Source: Eledone cirrhosa | Lineage: Eukaryota | Reading direction: 5' to 3' | DNA: 64,000 bases | Assembly: GCA_964016885.1 (NCBI GenBank) | Contig: OZ024743.1 | Location: forward strand, 235,042,001-235,106,000 | Part shown: positions 1-13,228 of the stretch, in pieces | Position numbering within the stretch: position 1 is the first letter of the stretch | Layout: every line of letters begins with the position of its first letter | Notes under the pieces: generated by a model | Told to the model about the DNA's origin: nothing | The model's input: only the letters and a program-made list of their open reading frames with translations | Database searches by the model: none | Program-made: the position numbers and the translations under genes

Positions 1-156
1 TAAATACGAGGATCTTACTTACTTAAACCTTACCTTCTCGCTAACAACTCAACACCCCTCCCTCCCGCCCCTACGCACCACCATTATTATTACGTGGACC
101 AATCATAAGCCAGAGGCCTATACTATCGCTTACCTGGTTGCCTTTCGATATGATGG

Positions 157-3100
157 ATGGATGGACTACGGAATTCTGGAGAGTGGAAGAGAGAAAAATC
201 TGGACGCTCAGCGACAATGCCAAAGATAAAGACAAATTCACCTCGTGGACGAGAATGTGAGCACTCCTCTTTGTTTCGGCCGCGGATGGCTAACATAACC
301 CCATCTCCCCCCGCTCCCCACCGCTCCCACCCTCCAAACGCAATCCAAAACTTCAGAGTTGGTACCATGAATGTAGGCACCTTAAAGGGTCGCTCTCACG
401 AGGTTGTAGAAATGCTCGAACGTAAGGAGGTCGATGTTTGTTGTATTCAAGAGACCAGGTGGAGGGGTGGGTCTGCTAGATTCATTGAGGGTAAAAAAAG
501 GTTGCTATAAGCTTTACTGGGTCGGAAATGACAATGGGCTGGGTGGAGTAGGTATCATGGTAGCAGAAAAGTGGGCAGATAAGATAATAGACGTAAATAG
601 AGTGAACGACAGAATAATTAAAATAAGACTTGTCCTCAATAGAACTACGGTGACAGTAATATCTGCGTACGCACCCCAATCCGGACTGCCCGGCACTATA
701 AAAGACAGATTCTATGAGACACTGATGCTCACTACCTCCCAAATAACCGACAGTGACTATATAATTATTGCAGGCGACCTAAATGGTCACGTTGGACAAC
801 ATTGTGACGGCTACAACGAAATCCATGGAGGCTATGGGTTTGGTACTAGAAATGAGGAAGGCTCCAGAATCCTGGAATTCTGTGACGCAAATAACCTAAC
901 TATCTGTAACACTAACTTCAAAAAACGTGACAATCACCTGATCACCTATAGATCGGGGGAACACACAAGCCAGGTAGATTATATCCTTACCAGAAGATGT
1001 GACAGAGTGTCTGTTGTAAACACTAAATCCCTCCCCCATGAAGAATGCACCTCCCAACATAGACTGATAATTAGCGACCTAATAGTCAGGACAAGACGTA
1101 CTAGACAACAGAAGAGGACTATCCTCAGGAGAAAAATATGGAAGCTAAAGGACCCCACAGCCAGAAATAAATTTAAAAGCATACTACTTGATGCTTTCGA
1201 CAGTAAGGAAGAGCAATTAGAGTCGTACAATATAGAGGGAGAGTGGGAATTCCTGAAAGCAAACCTGCTGATGGCGGCAGACAAAGTCTGTGGCTGGAGC
1301 AGGCCTGTAGGCAGGAGGAGAGTAACATGGTGGTAGAACAGTAAGGTGGAGGGGTCAATTAAGGCCAAAAAGCAGGCTTGGAAATTATGGCGGGATGGGG
1401 GAAGTAGAGAAGATTATCAAGTGGCTAGGAGGGAAGCTAGGAGACAAGTGTACTTCGCAAGAAGGGAAGCAGAGGAAAGAAAGTTCAAGCATGTTCTACA
1501 ATGCGAGGACCAAAAACGTGAGGTGTTCAGGATTGCTAGGCAATGTGTCAAGGAAAACCGTGATATTGTCGGGGAGAAGTGTGTACTTAATGATGACGGC
1601 GTACTTGCCATCACCGACGCTGATAAGAAGGTAGCTTGGAAGTGTCACTATGAAAGGCTACTAAATGAGGAGAATAAATGGGAGAAAGACAGTCTCCCCC
1701 ACATCGACCCAATAGAGGGACCAGCAGTGTTAGTCGAGGGTAGTATAATAAGTAAGGCAATCAAGGATATGAAGACGGGTAAGGCGGCTGGGCCTTCGGA
1801 AATAGTTGCTGAGATGCTGAAGGCATCTGGTACGGTGGGACACACCATGGTCACCCGGATAGTTAACCAAGTCGTACAGAATGGGGTTGTTCCGAAGGAC
1901 TGGCGTAGCAGCATCATCGTTAACTGTTATAAGGGTAAAGGAGATGCCCTAGATAGGAGTAACTATAGAGGCATTAAATTAATCGACCAGGTCATGAAGG
2001 TCACGGAAAAAGTAATAGCGCAACTAATCAGAGAGAGAATTGATCTAGATGAAATGCAGTTCGGTTTTGTGTCAGGCAAAAGTACCACAGACGCTCTTTT
2101 CATTGTACGACAACTACAGGAGAAGTACCTAGCTAAAAGTAAACCCCTATACTTAGCTTTTGTTGACTTGGAGAAAGCCTTCGACAGAGTCCCTCGTTCC
2201 ATTATCTGGTGGGCTCTTAGAAAATTAGGTGTTGACGAATGGCTTGTGAGAGCTATACAAGCCATGTATAAAGAAACAGTCAGCAAGGTTAGAATTAACA
2301 ACGAATATAGTGAAGAGTTTAGCGTAAAAGTTGGTGTCCATGAGGGCTCTGTTCTCAGCCCCCTACTATTTATTATTGCCCTTCAGGCTATAACAGAGGA
2401 GTTCAAGACCGGCTGCCCATGGGAACTCCTATACGCAGATGACCTAACACTCATAGCTGAATCAATGGCCGAGCTAGAGAAGAAATTCCAAACATGGAAG
2501 CACGGCCTAGAATCAAAAGGCCTTAAAATTAACCTGGCTAAGACCAAAGTTCTAGTTTGTAGGAAAGAAAATAAGGCGGCGGTCCCTTCCGGGAAGTGGC
2601 CATGCTCAGTGTGTAGGAAAGGCGTAGGTAGAAACTCCATTTTGTGTCCCAAATGCAAAGTATGGGTGCATAAAAGATGTAGTGGGATCACAGGTAAGCT
2701 AACTAAGAACATAGATTTTAGAGGGTTCTATAGAAATAGTGGACAGCTTCCGTTACCTGGGTGACAAAATCAGCAGTGGGGGAGGGTGCTCTGAAAGTAC
2801 AGTAGCTAGAGTCAGAACTGGATGGAAAAAGTTCAGAGAGCTTATACCACTATTAGCCGCTAAAGGGTTCTCCCTAAAAATGAAAGGCAGGTTGTATGAT
2901 GCCTGCATACGAACAGCAATGTTGCATGGCAGTGAGACCTGGGCATTGTGTGCAGAGGATATACACAGACTAGAGAGGAACGAAGCTTGCATGCTCCGCT
3001 GGATGTGTAATAGTAATATACGTGAACGGCAAAGCATAAACGAACTAAGGAAAAAATTAGAAATAAGAGGGATCAGATGTTGTTTACTCGAGAGAAGGCT

Positions 3101-3815
3101 ACGTTGGTATGGTCACGTGATGCGCATGAAAGACGATAGCTGTATAACAAAGTGCAGGGCAATAAAGATAGATGGTAGCCACGGAATAGGCAGACCCAGA
3201 AAAACCTGGGACGAGCTGATAAATTCCGACCTCACACACTTACACCTCTCCAACACAATGTCACTGGACCGAGACCTTTGGCGGTACTCAGTAATAGAGA
3301 AGACCCGCCTTACCTAAATACAAAGTAAAACCTACTACAGTCAGTAGGCATCTCTAACAAAATACACCCCGACCCACCACCCCCACCCCATCCACACCGC
3401 CCCTTTCAATGTAAAGTTATGTTGGTGCCACAACATCCAGGCCGAAACAAATGAGATCGTGTAGGTGTCACGACAAAAAAACACACAGTCCACGCTGTAA
3501 TGTGGCCGTGTAGGCAACACGGTAAAAACCTCCCAGTCCCACACTGTAAATGTGGTCGGTGTTAGGAAGGGCATCCAGCTGTAGAAAACCCGCCAGACAG
3601 TCCACGCTGTAATGTGGCCGTGTAGGCAACACGGTAAAAATCTCCCAGACCCACACTGTAAATGTGGTTGGTGTTAGGAAGGGCATCCAACTGTAGAAAA
3701 CCTGCCAGACAGTCCTATGCGAGCAAGACAATCACTCTTGCCTCAAGTGGGAAAACCCCCGTCCAAACCCATGCAAGCGTGGAACACGGACGTTAAACGA
3801 TGATGATGATGATGA
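157..3815 (+). mobile_element. RTE-clade non-LTR retrotransposon, near full length, disabled (APE endonuclease - RT - PHD-like finger - 3' UTR - (GAT)n tail)
   Basis: ORF pieces 157-510, 434-1336, 1346-2764 and 2739-3317 carry APE motifs (GTMNVGTL, CIQETRW, AGDLNGHVG, SQVDYIL, SQHRLI), RT motifs (NYRGIKL, QFGF, AFVDLEKAFDRV, LLYADD), a CSVC..CPKC..HKRC finger and an RTE C-terminus ([18 protein letters not shown]). Lesions: frameshift in the A-run near 493, TAG at 1334-1336, deletion/frameshift near 2720. The 3' UTR ends in GATGATGAT. Confidence 0.95.
3487..3713 (+). repeat. Two direct copies of a 111-bp unit in the RTE 3' UTR
   Basis: cagtccacgctgtaatgtggccgtgtaggcaacacgg...aggaagggcatcca.ctgtagaaaacc.gccagacag starts at 3487 and again at 3598. 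Confidence 0.9.
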
Positions 3816-3829
3816 TATATAATATATAT

Positions 3830-3882
<53 letters not shown>

Positions 3883-4064
3883 ATTTATATATATAATATA
3901 TATATATAATATATATTATATATATATATAATATATATTATATATATATATAATATATATTATATATATATATATATAATATATATATATAATATATATA
4001 TATATATAATATATATATATATATAATATATATATATATATAATATATATATATATATAATATA
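3816..4064. repeat. (TA)n / TATAA microsatellite
   Basis: Read directly; a second tract lies at about 4289-4479. Confidence 0.98.
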
Positions 4065-4288
4065 TCATCATCATTCATCATTTCATTTTACGTCCGCTTT
4101 TCCCTGCTTGCAAGGGTGGGACGGGAACTGATTTTGGCTTGATTTCTACAGCTGGATGCCCTTCCTAACACCAACCTCATTTACAGTGAGTGCTGGGTGC
4201 TTTTTTGCCGTGGCACCTCCACGACCACTTTGCAGTGGAATGATAGGGACCCCAGTCCCTATCATCTCATTTCTACAGCTGAGTAAAC
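4065..4288 (-). mobile_element. 5'-truncated copy of the RTE-tailed SINE (full copy at 17095-17441)
   Basis: The reverse complement closely matches about 17215-17440 (tttactcagctgtagaaatgagatgata...aggaagggcatccagctgtagaaatcaagcc...gcggacgtaaaatgaaatgatg). Confidence 0.9.
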
Positions 4289-4302
4289 TATATATATAAT
4301 AT

Positions 4303-4334
<32 letters not shown>

Positions 4335-4446
4335 ATATATATATATAATATATATTATATATATATATATAATATATATTATATATAATATATATATATA
4401 TATATAATATATATATATATATAATATATATATATATAATATATAT

Positions 4447-4479
<33 letters not shown>

Positions 4480-4649
4480 CTCATCATTACCTGCATTTAA
4501 CATCTTTTTTCCATTCTTTCATGGATTGATGATGGATTGTCATGTTCTGATGCTAGATCAGTCAGGTGAATATGTTTAGCTCATGTGTTCCATTTTTGAT
4601 ATGGTTTCTACAGCGAGATGCTCTTCCTAATGCTAACCACTTTACAGTG

Positions 4650-7600
4650 TATACTTGGACCATTTTATCATGGCACCAGCACTACCTTCTTACTGGCTGA
4701 ACTGGGAGCATCTTATCGTGGCAGCAGTACTACCACCTTACTGGCTGAACTGGGAGCATCTTATCGTGGCAGCAGTACTACCACCTTACTGGCTGAACTG
4801 GGAGCATCTTATCGTGGCACCAGTACTACCACCTTACTGGCTGAACTGGGACCATTTTATCATGGCACCAGCACTACCTTCTTACTGGCTGAACTGGGAG
4901 CATCTTATCGTGGCACCAGTACTACCACCTTACTGGCTGAACTGGGAGCATCTTATCGTGGCACCAGTACTACCACCTTACTGGCTGAACTGGGAGCATC
5001 TTATCGTGGCACCAGTACTACCACCTTACTGGCTGAACTGGGAGCATCTTATCGTGGCACCAGTACTACCACCTTACTGGCTGAACTGGGAGCATCTTAT
5101 CGTGGCACCAGTACTACCACCTTACTGGCTGAACTGGGAGCATCTTATCGTGGCACCAGTACTACCACCTTACTGGCTGAACTGGGAGCATCTTATCGTG
5201 GCACCAGTACTACCACCTTACTGGCTGAACTGGGAGCATCTTATCGTGGCACCAGTACTACCTTCTTACTGGCTGAACTGGGAGCATCTTATCGTGGCAC
5301 CAGTACTACCACCTTACTGGCTGAACTGGGAGCATCTTATCGTGGCACCAGTACTACCACCTTACTGGCTGAACTGGGAGCATCTTATCGTGGCACCAGT
5401 ACTACCACCTTACTGGCTGAACTGGGAGCATCTTATCGTGGCACCAGTACTACCACCTTACTGGCTGAACTGGGAGCATCTTATCGTGGCACCAGTACTA
5501 CCACCTTACTGGCTGAACTGGGAGCATCTTATCGTGGCACCAGTACTACCACCTTACTGGCTGAACTGGGAGCATCTTATCATGGCAGCAGTACTACCAC
5601 CTTACTGGCTGAACTGGGAGCATCTTATCGTGGCACCAGTACTACCACCTTACTGGCTGAACTGGGAGCATCTTATCGTGGCACCAGTACTACCTTCTTA
5701 CTGGCTGAACTGGGAGCATCTTATCGTGGCAGCAGTACTACCACCTTACTGGCTGAACTGGGAGCATCTTATCGTGGCACCAGTACTACCACGTTACTGG
5801 CTGAACTGGGAGCATCTTATCGTGGCACCAGTACTACCACCTTACTGGCTGAACTGGGAGCATCTTATCGTGGAACCAGTACTACCACGTTACTGGCTGA
5901 ACTGGGAGCATCTTATCGTGGCACCAGTACTACCACCTTACTGGCTGAACTGGGAGCATCTTATCGTGGCACCAGTACTACCACCTTACTGGCTGAACTG
6001 GGAGCATCTTATCGTGGCAGCAGTACTACCACCTTACTGGCTGAACTGGGAGCATCTTATCGTGGCAGCAGTACTACCACCTTACTGGCTGAACTGGGAG
6101 CATCTTATCATGGCACCAGTACTACCTTCTTACTGGCTGAACTGGGAGCATCTTATCGTGGCACCAGTACTACCACCTTACTGGCTGAACTGGGAGCATC
6201 TTATCGTGGCAGCAGTACTACCACCTTACTGGCTGAACTGGGAGCATCTTATCGTGGCACCAGTACTACCTTCTTACTGGCTGAACTGGGAGCATCTTAT
6301 CGTGGCACCAGTACTACCACCTTACTGGCTGAACTGGGAGCATCTTATCGTGGCACCACTACTACCACCTTACTGGCTGAACTGGGAGCATCTTATCGTG
6401 GCACCAGTACTACCTTCTTACTGGCTGAACTGGGAGCATCTTATCGTGGCACCAGTACTACCACCTTACTGGCTGAACTGGGAGCATCTTATCGTGGCAC
6501 CAGTACTACCTTCTTACTGGCTGAACTGGGAGCATCTTATCGTGGCAGCAGTACTACCACCTTACTGGCTGAACTGGGAGCATCTTATCGTGGCACCAGT
6601 ACTACCACCTTACTGGCTGAACTGGGAGCATCTTATCGTGGCACCAGCACTACCTTCTTACTGGCTGAACTGGGAGCATCTTATCGTGGCACCAGTACTA
6701 CCTTCTTACTGGCTGAACTGGGAGCATCTTATCGTGGCACCAGTACTACCACGTTACTGGCTGAACTGGGAGCATCTTATCGTGGCACCAGTACTACCAC
6801 CTTACTGGCTGAACTGGGAGCATCTTATCGTGGGACCAGTACTACCACGTTACTGGCTGAACTGGGAGCATCTTATCGTGGCACCAGTACTACCACCTTA
6901 CTGGCTGAACTGGGAGCATCTTATCGTGGCAGCAGTACTACCACCTTACTGGCTGAACTGGGAGCATCTTATCGTGGCACCAGTACTACCACCTTACTGG
7001 CTGAACTGGGAGCATCTTATCGTGGCAGCAGTACTACCACCTTACTGGCTGAACTGGGAGCATCTTATCATGGCACCAGTACTACCTTCTTACTGGCTGA
7101 ACTGGGAGCATCTTATCGTGGCACCAGTACTACCACCTTACTGGCTGAACTGGGAGCATCTTATCATGGCACCAGTACTACCTTCTTACTGGCTGAACTG
7201 GGAGCATCTTATCGTGGCACCAGTACTACCACCTTACTGGCTGAACTGGGAGCATCTTATCGTGGCACCAGTACTACCACCTTACTGGCTGAACTGGGAG
7301 CATCTTATCGTGGCAGCAGTACTACCTTCTTACTGGCTGAACTGGGAGCATCTTATCGTGGCACCAGTACTACCACCTTACTGGCTGAACTGGGAGCATC
7401 TTATCGTGGCAGCAGTACTACCACCTTACTGGCTGAACTGGGAGCATCTTATCGTGGCAGCAGTACTACCTTCTTACTGGCTGAACTGGGAGCATCTTAT
7501 CGTGGCACCAGTACTACCACCTTACTGGCTGAACTGGGAGCATCTTATCGTGGCAGCAGTACTACCTTCTTACTGGCTGAACTGGGAGCATCTTATCGTG

Positions 7601-10354
7601 GCACCAGTACTACCACCTTACTGGCTGAACTGGGAGCATCTTATCGTGGCAGCAGTACTACCTTCTTACTGGCTGAACTGGGAGCATCTTATCGTGGCAC
7701 CAGTACTACCTTCTTACTGGCTGAACTGGGAGCATCTTATCGTGGCACCAGTACTACCTTCTTACTGGCTGAACTGGGAGCATCTTATCATGGCACCAGT
7801 ACTACCACCTTACTGGCTGAACTGGGAGCATCTTATCGTGGCACCAGTACTACCTTCTTACTGGCTGAACTGGGAGCATCTTATCGTGGCACCAGTACTA
7901 CCACCTTACTGGCTGAACTGGGAGCATCTTATCATGGCACCAGTACTACCACCTTACTGGCTGAACTGGGAGCATCTTATCGTGGCACCAGTACTACCAC
8001 GTTACTGGCTGAACTGGGAGCATCTTATCGTGGCACCAGTACTACCACCTTACTGGCTGAACTGGGAGCATCTTATCGTGGCAGCAGTACTACCACCTTA
8101 CTGGCTGAACTGGGAGCATCTTATCGTGGCACCAGTACTACCTTCTTACTGGCTGAACTGGGAGCATCTTATCGTGGCACCAGCACTACCTTCTTACTGG
8201 CTGAACTGGGAGCATCTTATCGTGGCACCAGTACTACCACCTTACTGGCTGAACTGGGAGCATCTTATCGTGGCAGCAGTACTACCTTCTTACTGGCTGA
8301 ACTGGGAGCATCTTATCGTGGCACCAGTACTACCACCTTACTGGCTGAACTGGGAGCATCTTATCGTGGCACCAGTACTACCACCTTACTGGCTGAACTG
8401 GGAGCATCTTATCGTGGCACCAGTACTACCTTCTTACTGGCTGAACTGGGAGCATCTTATCGTGGCAGCAGTACTACCACCTTACTGGCTGAACTGGGAG
8501 CATCTTATCGTGGCAGCAGTACTACCACCTTACTGGCTGAACTGGGAGCATCTTATCGTGGCACCAGTACTACCACCTTACTGGCTGAACTGGGAGCATC
8601 TTATCGTGGCAGCAGTACTACCACGTTACTGGCTGAACTGGGAGCATCTTATCGTGGCACCAGTACTACCACCTTACTGGCTGAACTGGGAGCATCTTAT
8701 CGTGGCACCAGTACTACCACCTTACTGGCTGAACTGGGAGCATCTTATCGTGGCACCAGTACTACCTTCTTACTGGCTGAACTGGGAGCATCTTATCGTG
8801 GCAGCAGTACTACCACCTTACTGGCTGAACTGGGAGCATCTTATCGTGGCAGCAGTACTACCACCTTACTGGCTGAACTGGGAGCATCTTATCGTGGCAC
8901 CAGTACTACCACCTTACTGGCTGAACTGGGAGCATCTTATCGTGGCAGCAGTACTACCACGTTACTGGCTGAACTGGGAGCATCTTATCGTGGCACCAGT
9001 ACTACCACCTTACTGGCTGAACTGGGAGCATCTTATCGTGGCACCAGTACTACCACCTTACTGGCTGAACTGGGAGCATCTTATCGTGGCAGCAGTACTA
9101 CCACCTTACTGGCTGAACTGGGAGCATCTTATCGTGGCAGCAGTACTACCACCTTACTGGCTGAACTGGGAGCATCTTATCGTGGCACCAGTACTACCAC
9201 CTTACTGGCTGAACTGGGAGCATCTTATCGTGGCACCAGTACTACCTTCTTACTGGCTGAACTGGGAGCATCTTATCGTGGCACCAGTACTACCACCTTA
9301 CTGGCTGAACTGGGAGCATCTTATCGTGGCACCAGTACTACCACCTTACTGGCTGAACTGGGAGCATCTTATCGTGGCACCAGTACTACCACCTTACTGG
9401 CTGAACTGGGAGCATCTTATCGTGGCACCAGTACTACCACCTTACTGGCTGAACTGGGAGCATCTTATCGTGGCAGCAGTACTACCACCTTACTGGCTGA
9501 ACTGGGAGCATCTTATCGTGGCACCAGTACTACCACCTTACTGGCTGAACTGGGAGCATCTTATCGTGGCACCAGTACTACCACCTTACTGGCTGAACTG
9601 GGAGCATCTTATCGTGGCACCAGTACTACCTTCTTACTGGCTGAACTGGGAGCATCTTATCGTGGCACCAGTACTACCACCTTACTGGCTGAACTGGGAG
9701 CATCTTATCGTGGCACCAGTACTACCACCTTACTGGCTGAACTGGGAGCATCTTATCGTGGCACCAGTACTACCACCTTACTGGCTGAACTGGGAGCATC
9801 TTATCGTGGCACCAGTACTACCACCTTACTGGCTGAACTGGGAGCATCTTATCGTGGCAGCAGTACTACCACCTTACTGGCTGAACTGGGAGCATCTTAT
9901 CGTGGCACCAGTACTACCACCTTACTGGCTGAACTGGGAGCATCTTATCGTGGCACCAGTACTACCACCTTACTGGCTGAACTGGGAGCATCTTATCGTG
10001 GCACCAGTACTACCTTCTTACTGGCTGAACTGGGAGCATCTTATCGTGGCACCAGTACTACCACCTTACTGGCTGAACTGGGAGCATCTTATCGTGGCAC
10101 CAGTACTACCACCTTACTGGCTGAACTGGGAGCATCTTATCGTGGCACCAGTACTACCACCTTACTGGCTGAACTGGGAGCATCTTATCGTGGCACCAGT
10201 ACTACCACCTTACTGGCTGAACTGGGAGCATCTTATCGTGGCAGCAGTACTACCACCTTACTGGCTGAACTGGGAGCATCTTATCGTGGCACCAGTACTA
10301 CCACCTTACTGGCTGAACTGGGAGCATCTTATCGTGGCAGCAGTACTACCACCA
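4650..10354. repeat. 48-bp tandem minisatellite/satellite, about 119 copies
   Basis: Unit ctggctgaactgggagcatcttatcgtggcaccagtactaccacctta with a few recurrent variants (agc/acc, ttc/acc, cat/cgt). It has no stops in two + frames, which produces the 1913-aa and 1904-aa ORFs. Confidence 0.98.
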
Positions 10355-10439
10355 ACTAACTCATGCTAGCATGAAAAGTAGATGTTACACGATGATATAT
10401 ATATTTCGCACATTTTTTATCATCTTGTTACCTACATAT

Positions 10440-10860
10440 CGCAGAGGTCATCACCAACTATCAACTAGCTGATGTTACGTAGGTGAATATATGAAAAAAC
10501 TTTGTGATATAGTAATCCCAGGGGAAATGATTTTTACACAGTACCATCTAGTTGTCAGTAACTTGAAGGTAAAGGGTGGGATGAGAGCTTAATGAAGGAA
10601 ATATCACCTAAGACTGAAGGTGTGGCGGTTGAAAGAGACAACAGTGGGGGAAGCTCTAAGGGAGAAACTATGTTAAAAGAAGACATGGATGAACTTGAGA
10701 ATACTTGGAAGTCATTGAAAGAGCGTTAGGAGCCATTGGCAATGTGTGTGGATGTACATAATGACCACTAAAACACTTGAAACAGAGTTGTTGGAAGGAT
10801 TGAAGAGGAGATTCAGAGAATGGCAAAGAGAAAAATGTTATGGGAGTAGAAGAGGAAGCT
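10440..10860 (+). mobile_element. Highly decayed RTE fragment (end of endonuclease and linker)
   Basis: gtaatcccaggggaaatga..acacagtaccatctagttgtcagtaac and aaggtgtggcggttgaaaga parallel the PHEECTSQHRLII / KIWKLKD region of the element at 157-3815. Confidence 0.55.
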
Positions 10861-10861
10861 C

Positions 10862-11200
10862 AGAATTCATCATGATCATGTTCCTGCAACTGGTGCAGCA
10901 AGTCGTTGGGGTGCCACTCTAGACTCTTTAGCAGTCAGCCGTTGCCACTGGTCTCTATTCTCCATCATGCATAAAAGGGTCTCAGTGTTGTGACCAATCC
11001 AGTCTTTTATATTGTTGAACCAGGATTTTTTTTGTCTGCCTCTTCTTTGCCCTCCCTAAACTGTGCCCTAGAGGATGGCGCGATATAGAACCATACCAGG
11101 CAAGCTTCTGTTTTTTCACCATCGCAATGAGTGGTTCCTGTCTGCTGGCATATTTGTTAACTTGCTGCCTGTCAAAGCTGTTTGTTTTGTGTTCTGTGAA
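10862..11200 (-). mobile_element. 3' fragment of a second RTE-type LINE family
   Basis: Minus-strand VNKYASRQEPLIAMVKKQKLAWYGSISRH, then GRQKKSWFNNIKDWTG in a shifted frame. Confidence 0.7.
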
Positions 11201-11849
11201 GGGATTAAGAGTGGTAGTGGAGGGGATATGGAAAAAGTGTTGGTGATATAAATGCAAAACATTTCCCATCAGATAATGTAAACAAAGAGGACAGACTACA
11301 CAGTTACGTTATCAGCTATTGTACAAAACTCAGATACAGTTCCAGCTCTTTTAACATGAGAACTGTTTGCCTTATAGGGCCCATGGCTATGAACTAGACA
11401 AGAAGGCTTTATGATCTAGGTTAACTAATACAAACAATAAATAATTAAATGTGATAGTTTTTCAACTGAAAAAAATAGAAAGTGTAATAAGTACACAATG
11501 ATAAGGTGTAAGGAAATGATAAGTTAAAAAGCACGTTTTGACATTTTTGTGGTCATAGGCAAAAAGGAATAAAAGAGAAAATGAAGAATGCGGCGACAAT
11601 CCAAACAAGAGAAAAGACCATTAAATTTTTTTTATGATTTGTTTAATGTTGTGCAAATGTAAGAATAACTAGAAATTGTCTACTTTTCAATAAAGATAGT
11701 AAAACTGTATTACTTAGAGCCAAATCAGTTCTTGAGATGATCACTTCATTAGAATGTGCACACATAACTATGAAGCTCATCTGTGATACAATAACCAGAT
11801 AGGAACCATCTAAATGTCCAGTCCTTAAATTTAAATTTCAAAGAAACTT

Positions 11850-12410
11850 TGCTTTGGAGCCTTTCTTTAAATAGATAGCTGGAGAGCGGCTGACAAAAGT
11901 CTTGCTGAGTGTTTCCAAGATACGCTCGGCCGTCTTGACAATTTTAGAGATGTGCTTTGTCCAACGCAAATCACTGCTGACAGTAATGCCCAGGTCACAT
12001 TCACAAGAAGACTTCTTGAGATTAGTGTTGTGGAGGGAGTATGTGGATACTGAGTTTTTCCTCCAAAAATACATGGTGGTATACTACTTGTCCACAGCCA
12101 GCTTGAGTTGTCAGTCCATGATCCATTGCTGCATTGTGTCCAGGTCTGATTGTAGGAAAGATCTATAGTGTTCAGGATCTGTCCTTTTTATCTCAAGGTA
12201 CAGCTTGATGTCCTTCGCATATTTCTTCAGCATTGTGGCTTTCTTTAAGTTGGCATCTATGTCATTAATATATGCAAGAAACAAAAGGGGACCAAGAACA
12301 GATCTGGTACACCAGATTACATCTCATAGGGTGAAGAATGCTGTCCTAGAACTATGATTACTTCTTTTCGACTGAGAATGAAGGACTTCAACCAGTTAAA
12401 AAAGATCATC
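11850..12410 (-). mobile_element. CR1/L2-group LINE RT fragment
   Basis: Minus strand reads SVLGPLLFLAYINDID, KYAKDIKLY, LQSDLD and ECDLGITVSSDLRWTKHISKIVKTA, typical of CR1-type RT domains. Confidence 0.8.
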
Positions 12411-12444
12411 TCTCACACTCATTGCAGTAATTATATATATATAC

Positions 12445-12662
12445 ATACATACAACATACAGAATATATAGGTACTGTATAGATATTACATAGAGTACCCC
12501 AGGACATATAAATATACAACATACAGAATATAGCACTACTAGGTACTGTATACATTACACAGAGTACCCCAGGACTTACATATATATACAGCATACGGAA
12601 AATAGCAGTACTAGGTACTGTATATTTATAATATAGAGTACCCAGGATTTACAAATATATAT
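12445..12662. repeat. Degenerate tandem repeat, about 60-70-bp unit, three copies
   Basis: acatacagaata..taggtactgtata..agagtaccc(c)aggac occurs three times. Confidence 0.8.
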
Positions 12663-12928
12663 ACTGTAAAGTGGTCATGTAGGTGTCAAGGCAAAAAGCA
12701 CCCAGTCCACACTTTAAAATGGTTGTATAGGTGTCACAACAAAAAGCACCCAGTACTAATTGAAAATGAGGTTGGCACTAGGAAGTGCATCCAGCTGTAG
12801 AAACCAAGCCAAAATTGGTTCTGTATGAGCACGGCATGGTCACCTGACCTGGCATTGCTCACAACAGGACAATTCGTCTAACCTATTGCTAGAGTGGAAA
12901 CATAAACGTTAAACGAGGGATGATGATA
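12663..12928 (+). mobile_element. RTE 3'-UTR/tail-only copy
   Basis: aaaagcacccagtccacac subunits, ggaagtgcatccagctgtagaaaccaagcc and a (GAT)n end. Similar tail-only copies: 27557-27780 (-), 33715-33847, 34125-34340, 34800-35030 (-), 40393-40690, 46560-46855, 56490-56650, 57785-58022. Confidence 0.85.
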
Positions 12929-13109
12929 TATATATTGCCTGAATTATGGTTGCAATCATTAAAGGAGCTTTCAATATGTAATCATAGAGGTAAATATACT
13001 AGGGTGATTTTCTGAAGGCTGAGTTGATTGAACCACTGGAACACTCATCTTCGGAACTCTTGGAGTCCCATTCCTTAGTTAATCTAAATCTATTATCATC
13101 TTTTGCTCA

Positions 13110-13228
13110 GGCACATGGCTTAGTGGTTAGAGAATTGGATTCACAATCGTGAGGTAGCAAGTTCAATTCTTGGACTGGGAGACACATTATGTTCTTGAGC
13201 AAGACACTTCATTTCACATTGCTCTTTC
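13110..13228 (+). mobile_element. tRNA-derived CORE-like SINE, 5' part
   Basis: A box tggcttagtggtt, B box gttcaattc, CORE-like ttcttgagcaagacacttcatttcacattgct. Confidence 0.8.

Noticed and set aside
4650-10354. CRISPR-like array
   Set aside because: There are no unique spacers and no cas genes, and the context is eukaryotic.
4618-10369. 1913-aa and 1904-aa repeat-protein ORFs
   Set aside because: A 48-bp unit without stops leaves two frames open automatically; the unit derives from a retroposon UTR, variants are mostly non-synonymous, and there is no gene context.
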